Shown one piece after another: positions 12,590-25,732 of a stretch of 64,000 nt of DNA (position 1 is the stretch's first letter; every line of letters begins with the position of its first letter). Below the pieces are notes generated by a model, which made no database searches, had not been told where the DNA came from, and was given only the letters and a program-made list of their open reading frames with translations. This DNA is from Eledone cirrhosa. Taxonomy: Eukaryota. Position numbers and translations under genes: made by a program. Where the stretch lies: NCBI GenBank assembly GCA_964016885.1, contig OZ024742.1, positions 134,540,001 to 134,604,000 on the forward strand, read 5' to 3'.

Positions 12590-13747
12590 CAATATAATAA
12601 TTTCGGCTTGTAAACATAAATTGCACAAAACTTTCCTGTATTACAGCCCCACGTTATACCCTAACGGATAGCACGACCTATATGCGGATATTTTACGTCT
12701 TGATGTGGGAGCTAAGTATATGTTTTGTTTATTCCTTTACTTATTTGCATAGGTAAGTATATATTACCCGTATGTTTTGTGAAGGTATGTATACTTTCTC
12801 GTACGTATATTTGACCGTTATGGCGTATAATGTTTACATAGTCTGGTATTAAGGGTTTGGCTATGTGTATATGGGAGTTTTGCGTCTGCGTGAGTATGCA
12901 GGTTCGTACGTATAGTGGGTGTGTGTATATGTGTACTTCTTGTTTTAGTTGACTTACGTCTCCGAACATTCGTGTATTTATATGTAGGTATGCGTGTGCG
13001 CTTGTTATATACGTATTTATTTACTTATATACGTCGATATAATTATTTATTTATTTATTTGTAAACAAGCATACACACACACACATATTTATATGTGCGT
13101 GGTTTTGTATACCTATGGTAAGGTTTTGCGTATGCTTGTGTATGTACGTATCTGTTTGCATGTATGTATTTATTTGTTTCTATTACTTCTGTATTGTATT
13201 TATTTACTTTGTTCTTAACTCTGTAGCGGAGATCAATTTTAGTCTACGACTTCTGCTATACCATTTACGTGGTTTTGTCTTTGCGTGCTATTCTTCTACA
13301 CGCTCCACATATGACTTATTATCTTCGTTTTTTCGTTCATTGCCAGAGAACGTCTCTATGCACCACCTAAGAGAACATTAGTCTACGACCTCTTTTATAC
13401 CAAAACCGTGGTTCTGTCTTTGCGCGTAATTGTTTTTCACCGCTCCTATTAATGACGTATTATTCGTTTTTTCCCGTTCTTTGCCAGCGAACGTTACCAC
13501 GAACCAAAGTATCGTCTTCCTGTCTTCCTCCGGTTGCAACGTTTTTTGAAATATCCAGTTCTGCGTTTACAGATTGACTTTGTTAGTTTCAGAAGATCCC
13601 GTTATGGGTGAAAGCAGCGATTCTTTGCTTAAACTTTAATCTGTTATTTTAATAAATATTTGCTCTACGGTTCTTATATATTTGATATATATTTTCCTTA
13701 TCAAGCCCTCTTTGGATTTTAGTCTTCAATTTTATTATTATTACTAT
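12590..13747 (+). mobile_element. family B PLE 3' UTR/pLTR (non-coding)
   Basis: Reverse complement of 59820-60897, which is joined to a GIY-YIG coding remnant. Ends TTATTATTACTATA. Confidence 0.9.
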
Positions 13748-14070
13748 ATATATATAATTTGCATATCGACTGGATTAATCGGCCGGGTGCACCGAAAACG
13801 ATAAACGGAAAAAATGAAACGATATTTCATTTCCCATTCTTAGTACGGCTGTTACTTAAATATAAGTATGTACACGTACATACATATATGTATACAGACG
13901 TACAGTAGTATGTATATATATATACATACATGCACACATATATATATATGTACGTATGGATTCACCGAACATTTATTATAATGCTCGGTGTGTTTGTAAA
14001 CAAACATCCCGTATTAAGCCGTAGTGTCTAACAATCATCGTTGCTCGTTTGTTCAAAACTGACAAAGGAA

Positions 14071-14111
14071 CGTTGTAGTAGTTTCAAGCCTATTAGCTAT
14101 CGTCAGCAACG
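14071..14111 (-). ncRNA. hammerhead ribozyme (family C, helix III mutated)
   Basis: Minus strand: cgttg-CTGACGA-tagctaataggctt-GAAA-ctac-TA-caacg. Confidence 0.7.
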
Positions 14112-14636
14112 TATACCTTCCTGCCAGATTGTTGAACGTATATACTTACCTTATGGACATTAACGGCTGAGTAGCCCAATTTGCATATCAAGTGTGTTAA
14201 TCGGCCGGGTACACCGAAACTAGTACAATCTAGTACAAGCTTGAAACTAGTACAGCGTTCCTTTGTCAGAGTTGAACAAACGAGCAACGATGGTTGCTAG
14301 ACACTACGGCTTAATAAGGGATGTTTGGTTAAAAACACACTGAGCATTATAATAAATGTTCAGTGAATCCATACGTACATATATATATGCGTGCATGTAT
14401 GTATATATATATACATACTACTGTACGTCTGTATACATATATGTATGTACGTGTATATACTTATATTTAAGTAACAGCCGTACTAAGAGTGGGAAATTAA
14501 ATTTCGTTTCATTTTTTCCGTTTATCGTTTTCGGTGCACCCGGCCGATTAACGCACTCGATATGCAAATTGGGCTACTCAGCTGTTAATGTGCATAAGGG
14601 AAGTATATAATTTCAACAATCTTGCAGGAAGGTATA

Positions 14637-14677
14637 CGTTGCTGACGATAGCTAATAAGCTTGAAACTAGTACAGCG
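14637..14677 (+). ncRNA. minimal hammerhead ribozyme (family C)
   Basis: cgttg-CTGACGA-t-AGCT-aata-AGCT-t-GAAA-ctag-TA-cagcg. Palindromic helix III ACTAGT. Predicted cleavage after 14672. Confidence 0.85.
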
Positions 14678-15058
14678 TTCCTTTGTCGGTTTTGAATAAA
14701 CGAGCAACGATGGTTGCTAGACACTACGGCTTAATAAGGGATGTTTGGTTAAAAACACACGGAACATTATAATAAATGTTCAGTGAATCCATACGTACAT
14801 ATATATATGCGTGCATGTATGTATATATATATATACATACTACTGTACGCCTGTATACATATATGTATGTAAGTGTATATACTTATATTTAAGTAACAGC
14901 CGTACTAAGAGTGGGAAATTAAATTTCGTTTCATTTTTTACGTTTATCGTTTTCGGTGCACCCGGCCGATTAACGCACTCGATATGCAAATTGGGCTACT
15001 CAGCTGTTAATGTGCATAAGGTAAGTATATACGTTCAACAATCTGGCAGGAAGGCATA

Positions 15059-15099
15059 CGTTGCTGACGATAGCTAATAAGCTTGAAACTAGTACAGCG
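15059..15099 (+). ncRNA. minimal hammerhead ribozyme (family C)
   Basis: Identical motif 422 bp downstream. Predicted cleavage after 15094. Confidence 0.85.
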
Positions 15100-15239
15100 T
15101 TCCTTTGTCAGTTTTGAATAAACGAGCAACGATGGTTGCTAGACACTACGGCTTACTACGGGAGGTTTGTTTACAAACCCACCGAGCATTATAATAAATG
15201 TTCGGTGACTCCATACGTACATATATATATGCGTTCATT

Positions 15240-15560
<321 letters not shown>

Positions 15561-16560
15561 TCTTATACTTGTGAAGGGTCATATTTGTGTAATATTGCCA
15601 TAATTAATAACATAACACACTCACTGTTTGGTTGGTTTTCGCTTTTCGTTTCTGTGTCTTTTATATCGGTTTATTTAATTTATTTGTTCATCAATGTTGC
15701 CATGACTGACCAACGGTCAAAATACAGATACAATATAGACACAAACACATATATATAGTTTATCAGAGTTCTTTCGTTGCACATCTGCAACATCGTCAGT
15801 TGTGCTATTGTTTCCTCCCCTTTTTCATTGTATTTTCTACGCCATCTTTATTTAGTCTGACTACATATTTATATTTTTGTTTTTTTCTTGTTTTTTTTAT
15901 CAACTTTGCGCATGCGTTCGCGTGTGTGTATAGTGTTTTGTTTGATGTGTGTTCGTGATTGGGTGACTGTGTATTGGTTAATGTATTCTATCTTTACTTG
16001 TTTTACTAGTGTGTGTTTATATGTGTTTGTTGTTATTGTGCTTGTGTATGTATTTATTTATTTATCTATTTATTTATTTATTTATAATTCTCTTAGGTCA
16101 GTGTTGTTTGTTTGGGTGTTGTTGTTATTCCATTCTTTGTTTCTGTTTAGCCTTGGCCTTCTAAGTTCTATTTCACTGGCCTCTCTGATTTGCCTATCTG
16201 CTAGGGCATTTCTATGTTTAGATATTATTCTAATTTCTATGTTGTTTATGTTACCGTCGTGTTGTTGTCTGGCATGTTCGTATAGTACTGAACCATTTTT
16301 TCGTATTTTTAGTTCCCCCCAGTGTTGGTCTATCCTTTCATCTATGCTACGAGCTGTCTCGCCTATGTATGTTGTTGTTATGTTTCTGCAAGTACCCTAT
16401 GTACATCTTATGCTATAGACTACATTTCTAGTTTTACAGTTTATCCGTGGGTTTACCTTACATATGATACATTTCCTATTAGAACAGTGGGTTTTCTTAA
16501 AAGGTAAATTTTTCTGATCAGGGATCCGATGGTGGTTCCTGGCTTTTTATACCACCTCAA
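15561..16560 (-). pseudogene. 5'-truncated family A PLE (GIY-YIG + pLTR)
   Basis: Reverse complement closely matches 44365-45375, including the YIGETARS and EHARQQH coding region and the terminal GACCCT..CAAGTATAA. Confidence 0.92.
15763..15803 (-). ncRNA. hammerhead ribozyme (family A)
   Basis: Minus strand: CTGACGA-t-GTTGCA-gatg-TGCAAC-GAAA-gaac-TC-tg. Helix I is weak. Confidence 0.65.
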
Positions 16561-16603
16561 TATTTAAGTGGGTATTTCTCAGGGCCTTTCTACAGGGCCT
16601 TTC

Positions 16604-17107
<504 letters not shown>

Positions 17108-17112
<5 letters not shown>

Positions 17113-17384
17113 AAAAAAGATGAAATAGAAAATGCAATTGGATTCTTTCTTTTCATATATATTTATTTGATTCCTGTAGCGGTTTCGCAGATTTTGTGAT
17201 TTTCAAAAGTAGAATTTACATGGTGTGTTTGCAGTGTTTCTCACATGTGAGAAAAACCACAAAACCTCCATCTCAATTCTACTTTTGAAGAGCACAAGAA
17301 CTGCGAAACCGGTAAAGGAACCGAATAAATATATATGGGAAAAAAGAATCCAATTGCATTTTCTAATTCATCTTTTTTCCTTAT
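17108..17384. mobile_element. family G palindromic pLTR pair in (TA)n
   Basis: Arms AAGGAAAAAAGATGAA... and ...TTCATCTTTTTTCCTT meet at TTTCTCACATGTGAGAAA. Confidence 0.85.
17282..17317 (+). ncRNA. hammerhead-like motif with U3 core (family G)
   Basis: ctt-TTGAAGA-gca-caagaac-tgc-GAAA-ccgg-TA-aag. Sister copies have TTGAAAA. Confidence 0.6.
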
Positions 17385-17391
17385 ATATATA

Positions 17392-17434
<43 letters not shown>

Positions 17435-17440
<6 letters not shown>

Positions 17441-17558
17441 AACGTAAAATAAGAAAATTATAAAATTAACTTACTTACTAAAATATCACTTCCAAATGGA
17501 GTAAATATATTTTCCGAAGAAGATATTGAAAAGCATTCCTTCGTCAGGAAAGTCCACA
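17435..17558 (-). mobile_element. diverged 3'-terminal fragment of family D
   Basis: ACGTAAAATAAGAAAATTATAAAATTAACTTACTTACTAAAAT is shared with the copy at 20513. Confidence 0.75.
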
Positions 17559-17763
17559 TATATATATATATAGAAAGGCCTTGAGAAAGACCCACTTCTT
17601 CCCTGTGCATTCACTCATGTAGGACACCTCGTCTTTTTTCATATTTTAAAAAAACCTCACATTCTAATATATATGTATATATATATATATATATATAGTT
17701 AGGGAAGCAAAAAATTGCTTATTGTAATCCAGTTCTTGGATATCTATGTATATTTAGATATAA

Positions 17764-17852
<89 letters not shown>

Positions 17853-17880
17853 TTGCTACAATATTTTCTATACCTTTCAT

Positions 17881-17932
<52 letters not shown>

Positions 17933-18003
17933 ATCCAATTTTGTTGATATACAAAATAGTCAGTAAATCAGAGAACATTTCTAGGCCTGTATTTATGTAT
18001 GTT

Positions 18004-18050
<47 letters not shown>

Positions 18051-18061
18051 TTATTTATTAA

Positions 18062-18182
18062 AATATATTTATTTATTAAAATAACAGATTAAAGTTTAAG
18101 CAAATAATTGCTGCTCTCACCCTTAACGGGATCTTCTGAAACTTATCGAGCCCACTTTGGATTTTAGACTTCAAATTTATTA
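18062..18182. mobile_element. family B terminus with inverted tail
   Basis: Antisense 18065-18142 (..CACCCTTAACGGGATCTTCTGAAAC), then sense tail TTATCGAGCCC..GGATTTTAG..TTCAAATTTATT. Confidence 0.8.
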
Positions 18183-18206
18183 TATATATATATATATATA
18201 TATATT

Positions 18207-18277
<71 letters not shown>

Positions 18278-19102
18278 ATATATATATTCAGAGGGGGAAT
18301 ATGTGACACGTGCATAATTATAGCAAATGTGGAACACAAATTGTTGATATTTTGACATCTAATTAAACGTTTAATATTAATCATAAGGTTAATTTTGCCA
18401 ATTATAACAATTAAGATTGTCACCATATTGTTTCAAATCACATCCGAATGATAGGAAATTTTATTTTTTCTTGTACGTTTTACCTTAATAATCTCCCCAA
18501 GACTGATGTAGCAGAAACGTGTAATTTAGATGTGGGCACCACATGGAGATTACATATTTAAACTTAAATGCAAAAGAATTCAGATTTTAAGAAAAAACAT
18601 CTCCAATAATATTGTCTTGTACACAGTGTGGAAAAAATATAGAATATTATCTATTTGAAAAGTAGATATCCATTTGTGTTTGTTTACGAGGTAAAATGAC
18701 TTATATTCGTGGTATAGGTTGAAACGAGAGCAATAAATATATTCGAAGAGTTTCACTAGTTTGCCTGCGGGTGTAAACTACGTTTAGTAGAAAAACAAAG
18801 GGTGCCTGTCCAATGTATTTATTTGTTATTATTATTTTATTTTATTATTTCGTGTCTCGCTCAGGAAAGAAATATTAGAATTAATATAATAAAAATAAGC
18901 TTGCAATTCAAATGTTTAGGAATGGATGTAAATTTGGATAATGAAAACCACCAAGTCCGTGTTAAAGTTTGAAAAGCCATAATATATAGTTAGATAGCAT
19001 TTGAGGTCAAAAATGTCAAGTGTCTGTAACATTGATTAGTATCTATTGAAATACGGCTTTTCATATCTTTTACAGACACTGACGACCAAATTATATTCAT
19101 GT

Positions 19103-19106
<4 letters not shown>

Positions 19107-19174
<68 letters not shown>

Positions 19175-19203
19175 ACACACACACACACACGCATACACAC
19201 ACA
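19107..19203. repeat. (CA)n microsatellite
   Basis: Directly visible. Confidence 0.95.
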
Positions 19204-19277
19204 TGTATGTATATATATATATATATATATATACATGGTTGAATAACATTTTACATTGCGCGAAGGTTTGAGATACG

Positions 19278-19320
<43 letters not shown>

Positions 19321-20447
19321 ATTAATTTTTTGTTGATGTTAACCAAAACAAATATATTTGAGGGAAAATACGTTTTTTTTTCACAATTATGACATTTACA
19401 AAATGATTTTTATTCAATTGCTGATAGTACGTTATTCTAAGCGTGTTATTCGTTCAATGCATTATGGACATTTCTTTCAATATACTATTCTGGCAAGTCA
19501 CACAAAGTTCTATTTTGTTATATTTACGTAAATATATTGATGATTTGTGAACTTTTTTCACTTTCAATATCATTTTAATAAACAATGTCACCAGATTTTT
19601 GTGTATTGCGAATGTTTCACACCGCCTGTATATAGGATTTCGTCTTACAGTTGGCATCATGTATAGAATTTTACATATATCCAACTATCAACTAAAATAT
19701 TTAGAAAAGTCTCTTGGTATAAATATCTATCATATTTTTCTCTTTTAGATTATAACATGTTATTTAAATATGGAAATACAGATTTTCAAACAAAACTTTG
19801 TTATGTTATGGATACGTGATGAATTAGCCGAGTAAAATAATTAGCCTAGTAAAATAAAAGGTCTTAGAAACTATTCCATCCCTGAGGATATTGCGCTAGC
19901 CAAGCAGATATGGATGCATCAAAGCTCGTTCTGTTGGACCAATGCTTTGAAATGGAATTCCGTGCTAACAGTCAGAACACAAATATGGAAAACATAAAAC
20001 ATCGTAGTAGACAGGAATCTATCCAGGAATTAAATATTGAACCCATGTAAATAGAAATAAAAAAAACAAAATGACACTTCACAAGTTTGTACAATAATTT
20101 AGTCTATCTAATTAAGTTACAATAGAAAAAAATGGCCAAAGATAAAAAACATGTGCGAGAATACAAATTAATTTGCTATTAATTATTGTGTAGTTGAAAA
20201 TGAAATTAACAGAATTTGATGCCACTCGGTGTTGTATTAGGTAGGCCCGACGTAGTGGAACCGGGAGAATATTGGGTCTTAGAGAAGTATGTCATAGTAT
20301 AGCTTCATTTTGACAATATTAGGAAGATTCCTTGAATAGAATTCTGAAATTCATAGGGGACATTGTGTCAAAGGTAATATCAAAATGTTAGTTATATATT
20401 ATTTTAATATGAATTCAGGTTCATTTCTGCCGTATATAACAATGTTA

Positions 20448-20506
<59 letters not shown>

Positions 20507-20511
<5 letters not shown>

Positions 20512-21676
20512 GACGTAAAATAAGAAAATTATAAAAATTAACTTACTTACTAAAATTTCACTCCAACTAATTAGTTTCTGAAAGGGAATAAACATAGTTT
20601 CCCAAGAAACGCACGGAGAAGCCTTTCGCCATCAGGGAAGTCTATTCTCAGCTAAGTTTCCAGGCAATGCGTGGACACAGGTAACTTATACAAAAATAAT
20701 CCAGTGGATGGAAAAAAGCAAAGCGTGGACTAAGTTCCAAGCCATTGAAAAAATCACTGCCTACTGCATCGGGGCAAATTCAAAAGAATCAATCACGTGA
20801 CATCGAGGTTAATCAGTGAGGAGTGTTTTGTTAAGGAGACAGCAGCCAAACCGTTACTATGAACTATAGTAGCAGTTTTGGCCAATTTTGGCTCGACAAA
20901 ATAATTTGGAGATAATTATAAAGAATTAGTATATCTACTAACATATATATACAGATGCATACTTATGCCAGCAAATATATAGGTTTTGTCTTAGTAACTT
21001 TGTGGTTCAATGCATGGGGATGCAGAACAATAATATGAAAGACGTAAAATAAAAAAAATTATAAAAATTAACTTACTTACTAAAATTTCACTCCAACTAA
21101 TTAGTTTCTGAACGGGAATAAACATAGTTTCCGAAGAAACGTACGGAGAAGCCTTTCGCCATCAGGGAAGTCTATTCTCAGCTAAGTTTCCAGACAATGC
21201 GTGGACACAGGTAACTTATACAAAACTAATTCAGTGGATGGAAAAAAGCAAAGCGTGGACTAGGTTCCAAGCCATTGAAAAAATCACTGCCTACTGCGTC
21301 AGTGGCAAATTCAAAAGAATCAATCACGTGACATCGAGGTTAATCAGTGAGGAGTGTTTTGTTAAGGAGACAGCAGCCGGACCGTTACTATGAACTAACG
21401 TAGCAGTTTTGGCCAATTTTGGCTCGACAAAATATTTGGAGATAATTATAAAAAATTAGTATATCTTCGGAAACTATGTGTATTCCCTTTCAGAAACTAA
21501 TTAGTTGGAGTGAAATTTTAGTAAGTAAGTTAATTTTTATAATTTTCTTACTTTACGTCTTTCATATTATTGATCTGCATCCCCATGCATTGAACCACGA
21601 AGTTACTAAGACAAAACCTATATATTTGCTGGCATAGGTATGCATCTGTATATATATGTTACTAGATATACTAATT

Positions 21677-21680
<4 letters not shown>
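20507..21680. mobile_element. family D: ~528-bp tandem units (minus) plus inverted arm, flanked by (TA)n
   Basis: TGAAAGACGTAAAAT occurs at 20507 and 21036. Orientation flips at ~21466. Confidence 0.9.
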
Positions 21681-21723
<43 letters not shown>

Positions 21724-22266
21724 GTTTGCTGCCGAATTGTAGCTGCTTTCATGCGAATAGCCCGAGCAATCATTAGTGGTAGAATGCTCATCGTTGAAAC
21801 GAACGGAGTAGGTATTTACTCCTCTGAGAAATTAATGTATTTCCGTTTAGAATATTAACTTGAAATGATTAGCATTACAAGAGCCATCATTACCACCACC
21901 GCCTTCTACATTTCTCATCACCACAGTAGTTTACACCATAATTATATATATGAAGCAGCATGAACTATACAGACATGAAGCACACTCTCTGAATACGAAA
22001 TAAATTTTTAATTTTTAATCTACCTCTTGTTTGATTGTGAACATCTGCTGAAGATGTAAGGACATAGACGTTACTTTACGAGTCGTTTTAATCTTTCCGT
22101 TGTTCTCAACGTGAGACTGGTTCTCTCCGCTTCCCTAATTTTATTTAATCTCTCACATTCTAAATTATCTTCAAACGTTTCAACCAATGTATGTGCTTAT
22201 GCGTAACGTGTTAATGTTTCTTTATTTTTGGTGGGACATGTTACTGTTAAGTTTCAGCTTCACCAT

Positions 22267-22324
<58 letters not shown>

Positions 22325-22328
<4 letters not shown>

Positions 22329-22552
22329 CAAAGTGAAGTTTTTTTTACAAAATGAAAAACAAAAAGGATGTGTCCTATACAAGAGAAAGTATATGGAAAA
22401 AATATGAAATCGAAAATGCAACTGGAGTCCTTTTCATTTTAAAATATATATTTATTTGTTTCCTTTACTGGTCTCGCAGTTCTGCTTTTCAAAAGTAGAA
22501 TTGAGATGGGCGGTTTGTGGTTTTCTCACATATAAGCAAACTTCAATACTCT

Positions 22553-22555
<3 letters not shown>
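22325..22555 (-). mobile_element. family G pLTR fragment with HHR-like motif at 22463-22495
   Basis: Minus strand: ctt-TTGAAAA-gcagaactgc-GAGA-ccag-TA-aag. Similar to the copies at 33385 and 35065. Confidence 0.75.
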
Positions 22556-22620
<65 letters not shown>

Positions 22621-22621
<1 letters not shown>

Positions 22622-23300
22622 TAGATGAGTAGCCTGTCTTTGCTGGCAATTATCCTAATTGCATTCATTTGTTTCAATTATTTTTTATTCTATATCAGAC
22701 CAAATCTCCCCTAAGAGGAAACCCAACGTAAAGTTGACCATGGGTGAAGCAGCGCTCTTGTGATTACTTGATGTTCATGGCAAAAATAAAACTCAATGGA
22801 AATTGAAGTCATGTGAATTGAAATGGGACATAAGTGGGGATAAGAGGAATTCTTGTAACGAACCCTCCTCTTCCCTACCACATTTTGTTGAAATGGTGGC
22901 TTGAATCACGGGTGGATATATATTTTTCACACCGATTGAATGCCATTGCATAACCTTGGTGGGTTCAAATTCCTCAATAACTTGATGGATGCTCCTTCTT
23001 TAAGTTGAAGAAAATGTTGAGGCATTTTAATGGTTGTATACTGTTCACAAAAATATGCCGTATAAATGAGAGCGTTGTACTGTTCCACCACAGTTTCGAC
23101 AAATCGATTGAGCTTCGAGACCTTCCGAATTATTTTAACAACTCTTGATTTAGCCATTTCATAGTCACATTTTCCGTGGCCAATATAGCCCTTTCAATGA
23201 ACAACGTGTGACTTGCAAACTGACATTCAAGGTTAGGGAACAATTTTTCTACGAGATAGAATAATAATTGAAATCATCGTGCCTATGAGACTTATATCAC
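22621..23300 (-). pseudogene. Helitron 3' fragment (PIF1-like helicase remnant, CTAG end)
   Basis: Encodes MPQHFLQLKEGASIKLLRNLNPPRLCNG and further downstream GQLYV, both Helitron helicase motifs. The minus strand ends ..CTAG next to (TA)n. Confidence 0.75.
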
Positions 23301-23377
23301 GAGCACCCTTGGTATTTATATGCATACACACACATACACACACACGCACACACACATACACACGCATACACACACAT

Positions 23378-23434
<57 letters not shown>

Positions 23435-23829
23435 TATAGATATAGATAGATATATAGATATATATGTATATATATATATGTGTGTGTGTGGGGTGTGTGG
23501 GGTGTATGTGTGTGTGGGGGGGGGATGCGTATGTGTGTCTGTGTAGGAGCAATGGTGATGCCTAAATATAGCCTCTACCATGCGACTGGAATAGGAAAAT
23601 TGCAGAATATATATATATAGTGAGAAAGAGAATTACAGACTTAAATAGAAAAAGAAAGGTAGACATAACCTTTATCAGTAGTCGCATTAGAAACATTTTT
23701 CTTTACTGATCTACATTCTTCTATTTTCTCTAAATATAATTTACCATATTTTCATGAGACCGAACGAAAAATCATTTAAAATGAACGAAAAATCATTTAA
23801 AATCATTATCGGTATATTTGTTATTGTTA

Positions 23830-24175
23830 ATAATTGTTTCTATTTTTGGCACAAGGCCAGCAATTACCCAGTTACATTACTGGTACTTTATTTTATCGAC
23901 CCCGTAAGGATGAAAGGCAAAGTTTACCTCGGTGGGATTTGAACTCAGATCATAATGGGACGTAACTCTATGCTTCAAAGCATGGTGTCCGACTCTCTAC
24001 CGATACTGCCAATCCACTAATAATTGTTTCTGCTTTTGGCACAAGGTCAGCAACTACCCAGTGTATTACTGGTACTTTATTTTATGGACCCCGTAAGGAT
24101 GAAAGGCAAAGTTAACCTTGGCGGGATTTGAACTCAGAATGGCAAGGGCAGTAACTCTATGCCAATCCACTAATA
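23830..24175 (-). mobile_element. two tandem family H SINE copies
   Basis: Two repeats of TTTTGGCACAAGG.CAGCAA..CTGGTACTTTATTTTAT.GACCCCGTAAGGATGAAAGGCAAAGTT...GCCAATCCAC. Confidence 0.85.
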
Positions 24176-25339
24176 ATGTTTTCCATTCTAGTCGCCATGT
24201 TACTGGAAGTGTACCGTGACTAGATTTCTAACTGCTTCTCACGATATCATATTCAGATTCAAGGGCAGTAGATAGGCAGTATTCGTAGGTCACCGGACAA
24301 CGTGTTTTGTAGCATAGAGGTACGTCCTTTCCTCCTGCAAAAATTAGAAACCACTATATACAAATGCAACGTATTCCGTATTAAAAACGCAGATCTTGTA
24401 GTATTTTGCCAACATATCTTATGTCAAATGTTGCACGGTCATAGTTTATTATCACACTTACTCCTTAAATATTTTCGCTCTATTTTACGTTGTCACTTGC
24501 GTACCTAATTCAAATAAGTTTGCGGTTGACTATACAGTTTATCATAGAAGTCATTATATTAATCAACCTTCAACATCAGTAAACATCGATTACAATCATT
24601 TTTCGATTCCGTATAATTTTGAGAAGGATAAAAATTGAAATTAAAATAAATGAAATCGTGGTGTATTTACAGAATAGGGAGACAATTAGACTAAATATAT
24701 TAAAGTATTTAATTTCAGTTATCTATATTTATCGTAAATCAAACACCAGTATTAAATTTGATTTCATCTCAAAACAGTGTCTAGGGAATATAGGTAACTG
24801 ACAAATACTGGACACGATTCAATCGATTGAAATATTTTCCCATAGTTGTGTGAACTTACCGAGACGTACGTAATCAATACCAAAATAAATCAACAGTAAA
24901 TTTGTTTTAGATTGCTTGTATCCGATTAATTTGTCAATTTTCAACGTTCCCTTGGTTCAATATCGGATGAAAATAATTCCTCATAATTAGAGAAAATCAT
25001 AATTCTTGCGGTAAATCGAATTAAACTTCTAATTTCTTCGATATTGGTCAATGGGCGACGAACCTGTTCTTGATCGAGTAATATATTATAATTAGCGCTA
25101 ATTTTTATAAAGTGTCACATTAACACTCTGAATTATTGCATACACATGATTGCTTTAACAATGTTGATATTGAATCTAAAGCGTAATGCAGAAGGTGGGT
25201 GGAAATCGCAGTTATTATGTTCAGTAATATCTCGGAGGTATACATGAGTTCTTAGGTAGTGAGTTCCAGTTCATTCCGAGATTATTTAATTCGTAGTATA
25301 TGAGGTTATGTATTATTTACTCTACAAATATATATATGA

Positions 25340-25409
<70 letters not shown>

Positions 25410-25413
<4 letters not shown>

Positions 25414-25686
25414 CATTAGAACTGGTGGTCTGAAATAGTGATATATATATATGAATGTATATATAGTGTATTTTGTAATAAACTATATGCTTAATTAAAG
25501 GCATTTTCAGCAGACAGGAGTGGTGAGCTTTGATAAGTACCAACAAGTGCGTACGAAACAGAGCTATGTCAGCTTATCTCCCCTTGTTTGCTGAAAACAG
25601 AAGTAAGTGACATTGTCACTACTTTAAAATAATAGCGTAAGGACTTCAAAATGCTTTTAATTAAGCATACAGTATATTGCAAAATA

Positions 25687-25692
<6 letters not shown>
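25410..25692. mobile_element. family F inverted pair with U3-A8 HHR at 25524-25576 (+)
   Basis: tgagct-TTGATAA-gtac-caacaagtgc-gtac-GAAA-cagagctatg-TC-agctta. Arms ATAGTGTATTTTG.AAT / ATTGCAAAATACACTAT. Confidence 0.8.

Positions 25693-25732
<40 letters not shown>

Larger units (their letters stand above)
13758..15238. mobile_element. family C: ~421-bp HHR-containing tandem repeat (retrozyme-like) with inverted 5' arm
   Basis: Minus-strand copy at 13758-14219, then plus-strand units with period 420-422 (GAAACTAGTACAGCG at 14243, 14663, 15085). Confidence 0.9.

Noticed and set aside
13586-13625. Family B motif CAGAAGA-tccc-gtta-gggt-GAAA-gcagc
   Set aside because: Resembles an HHR core, but it has A at position 4, no UH triplet in register and no helix I. 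Not called as a ribozyme.
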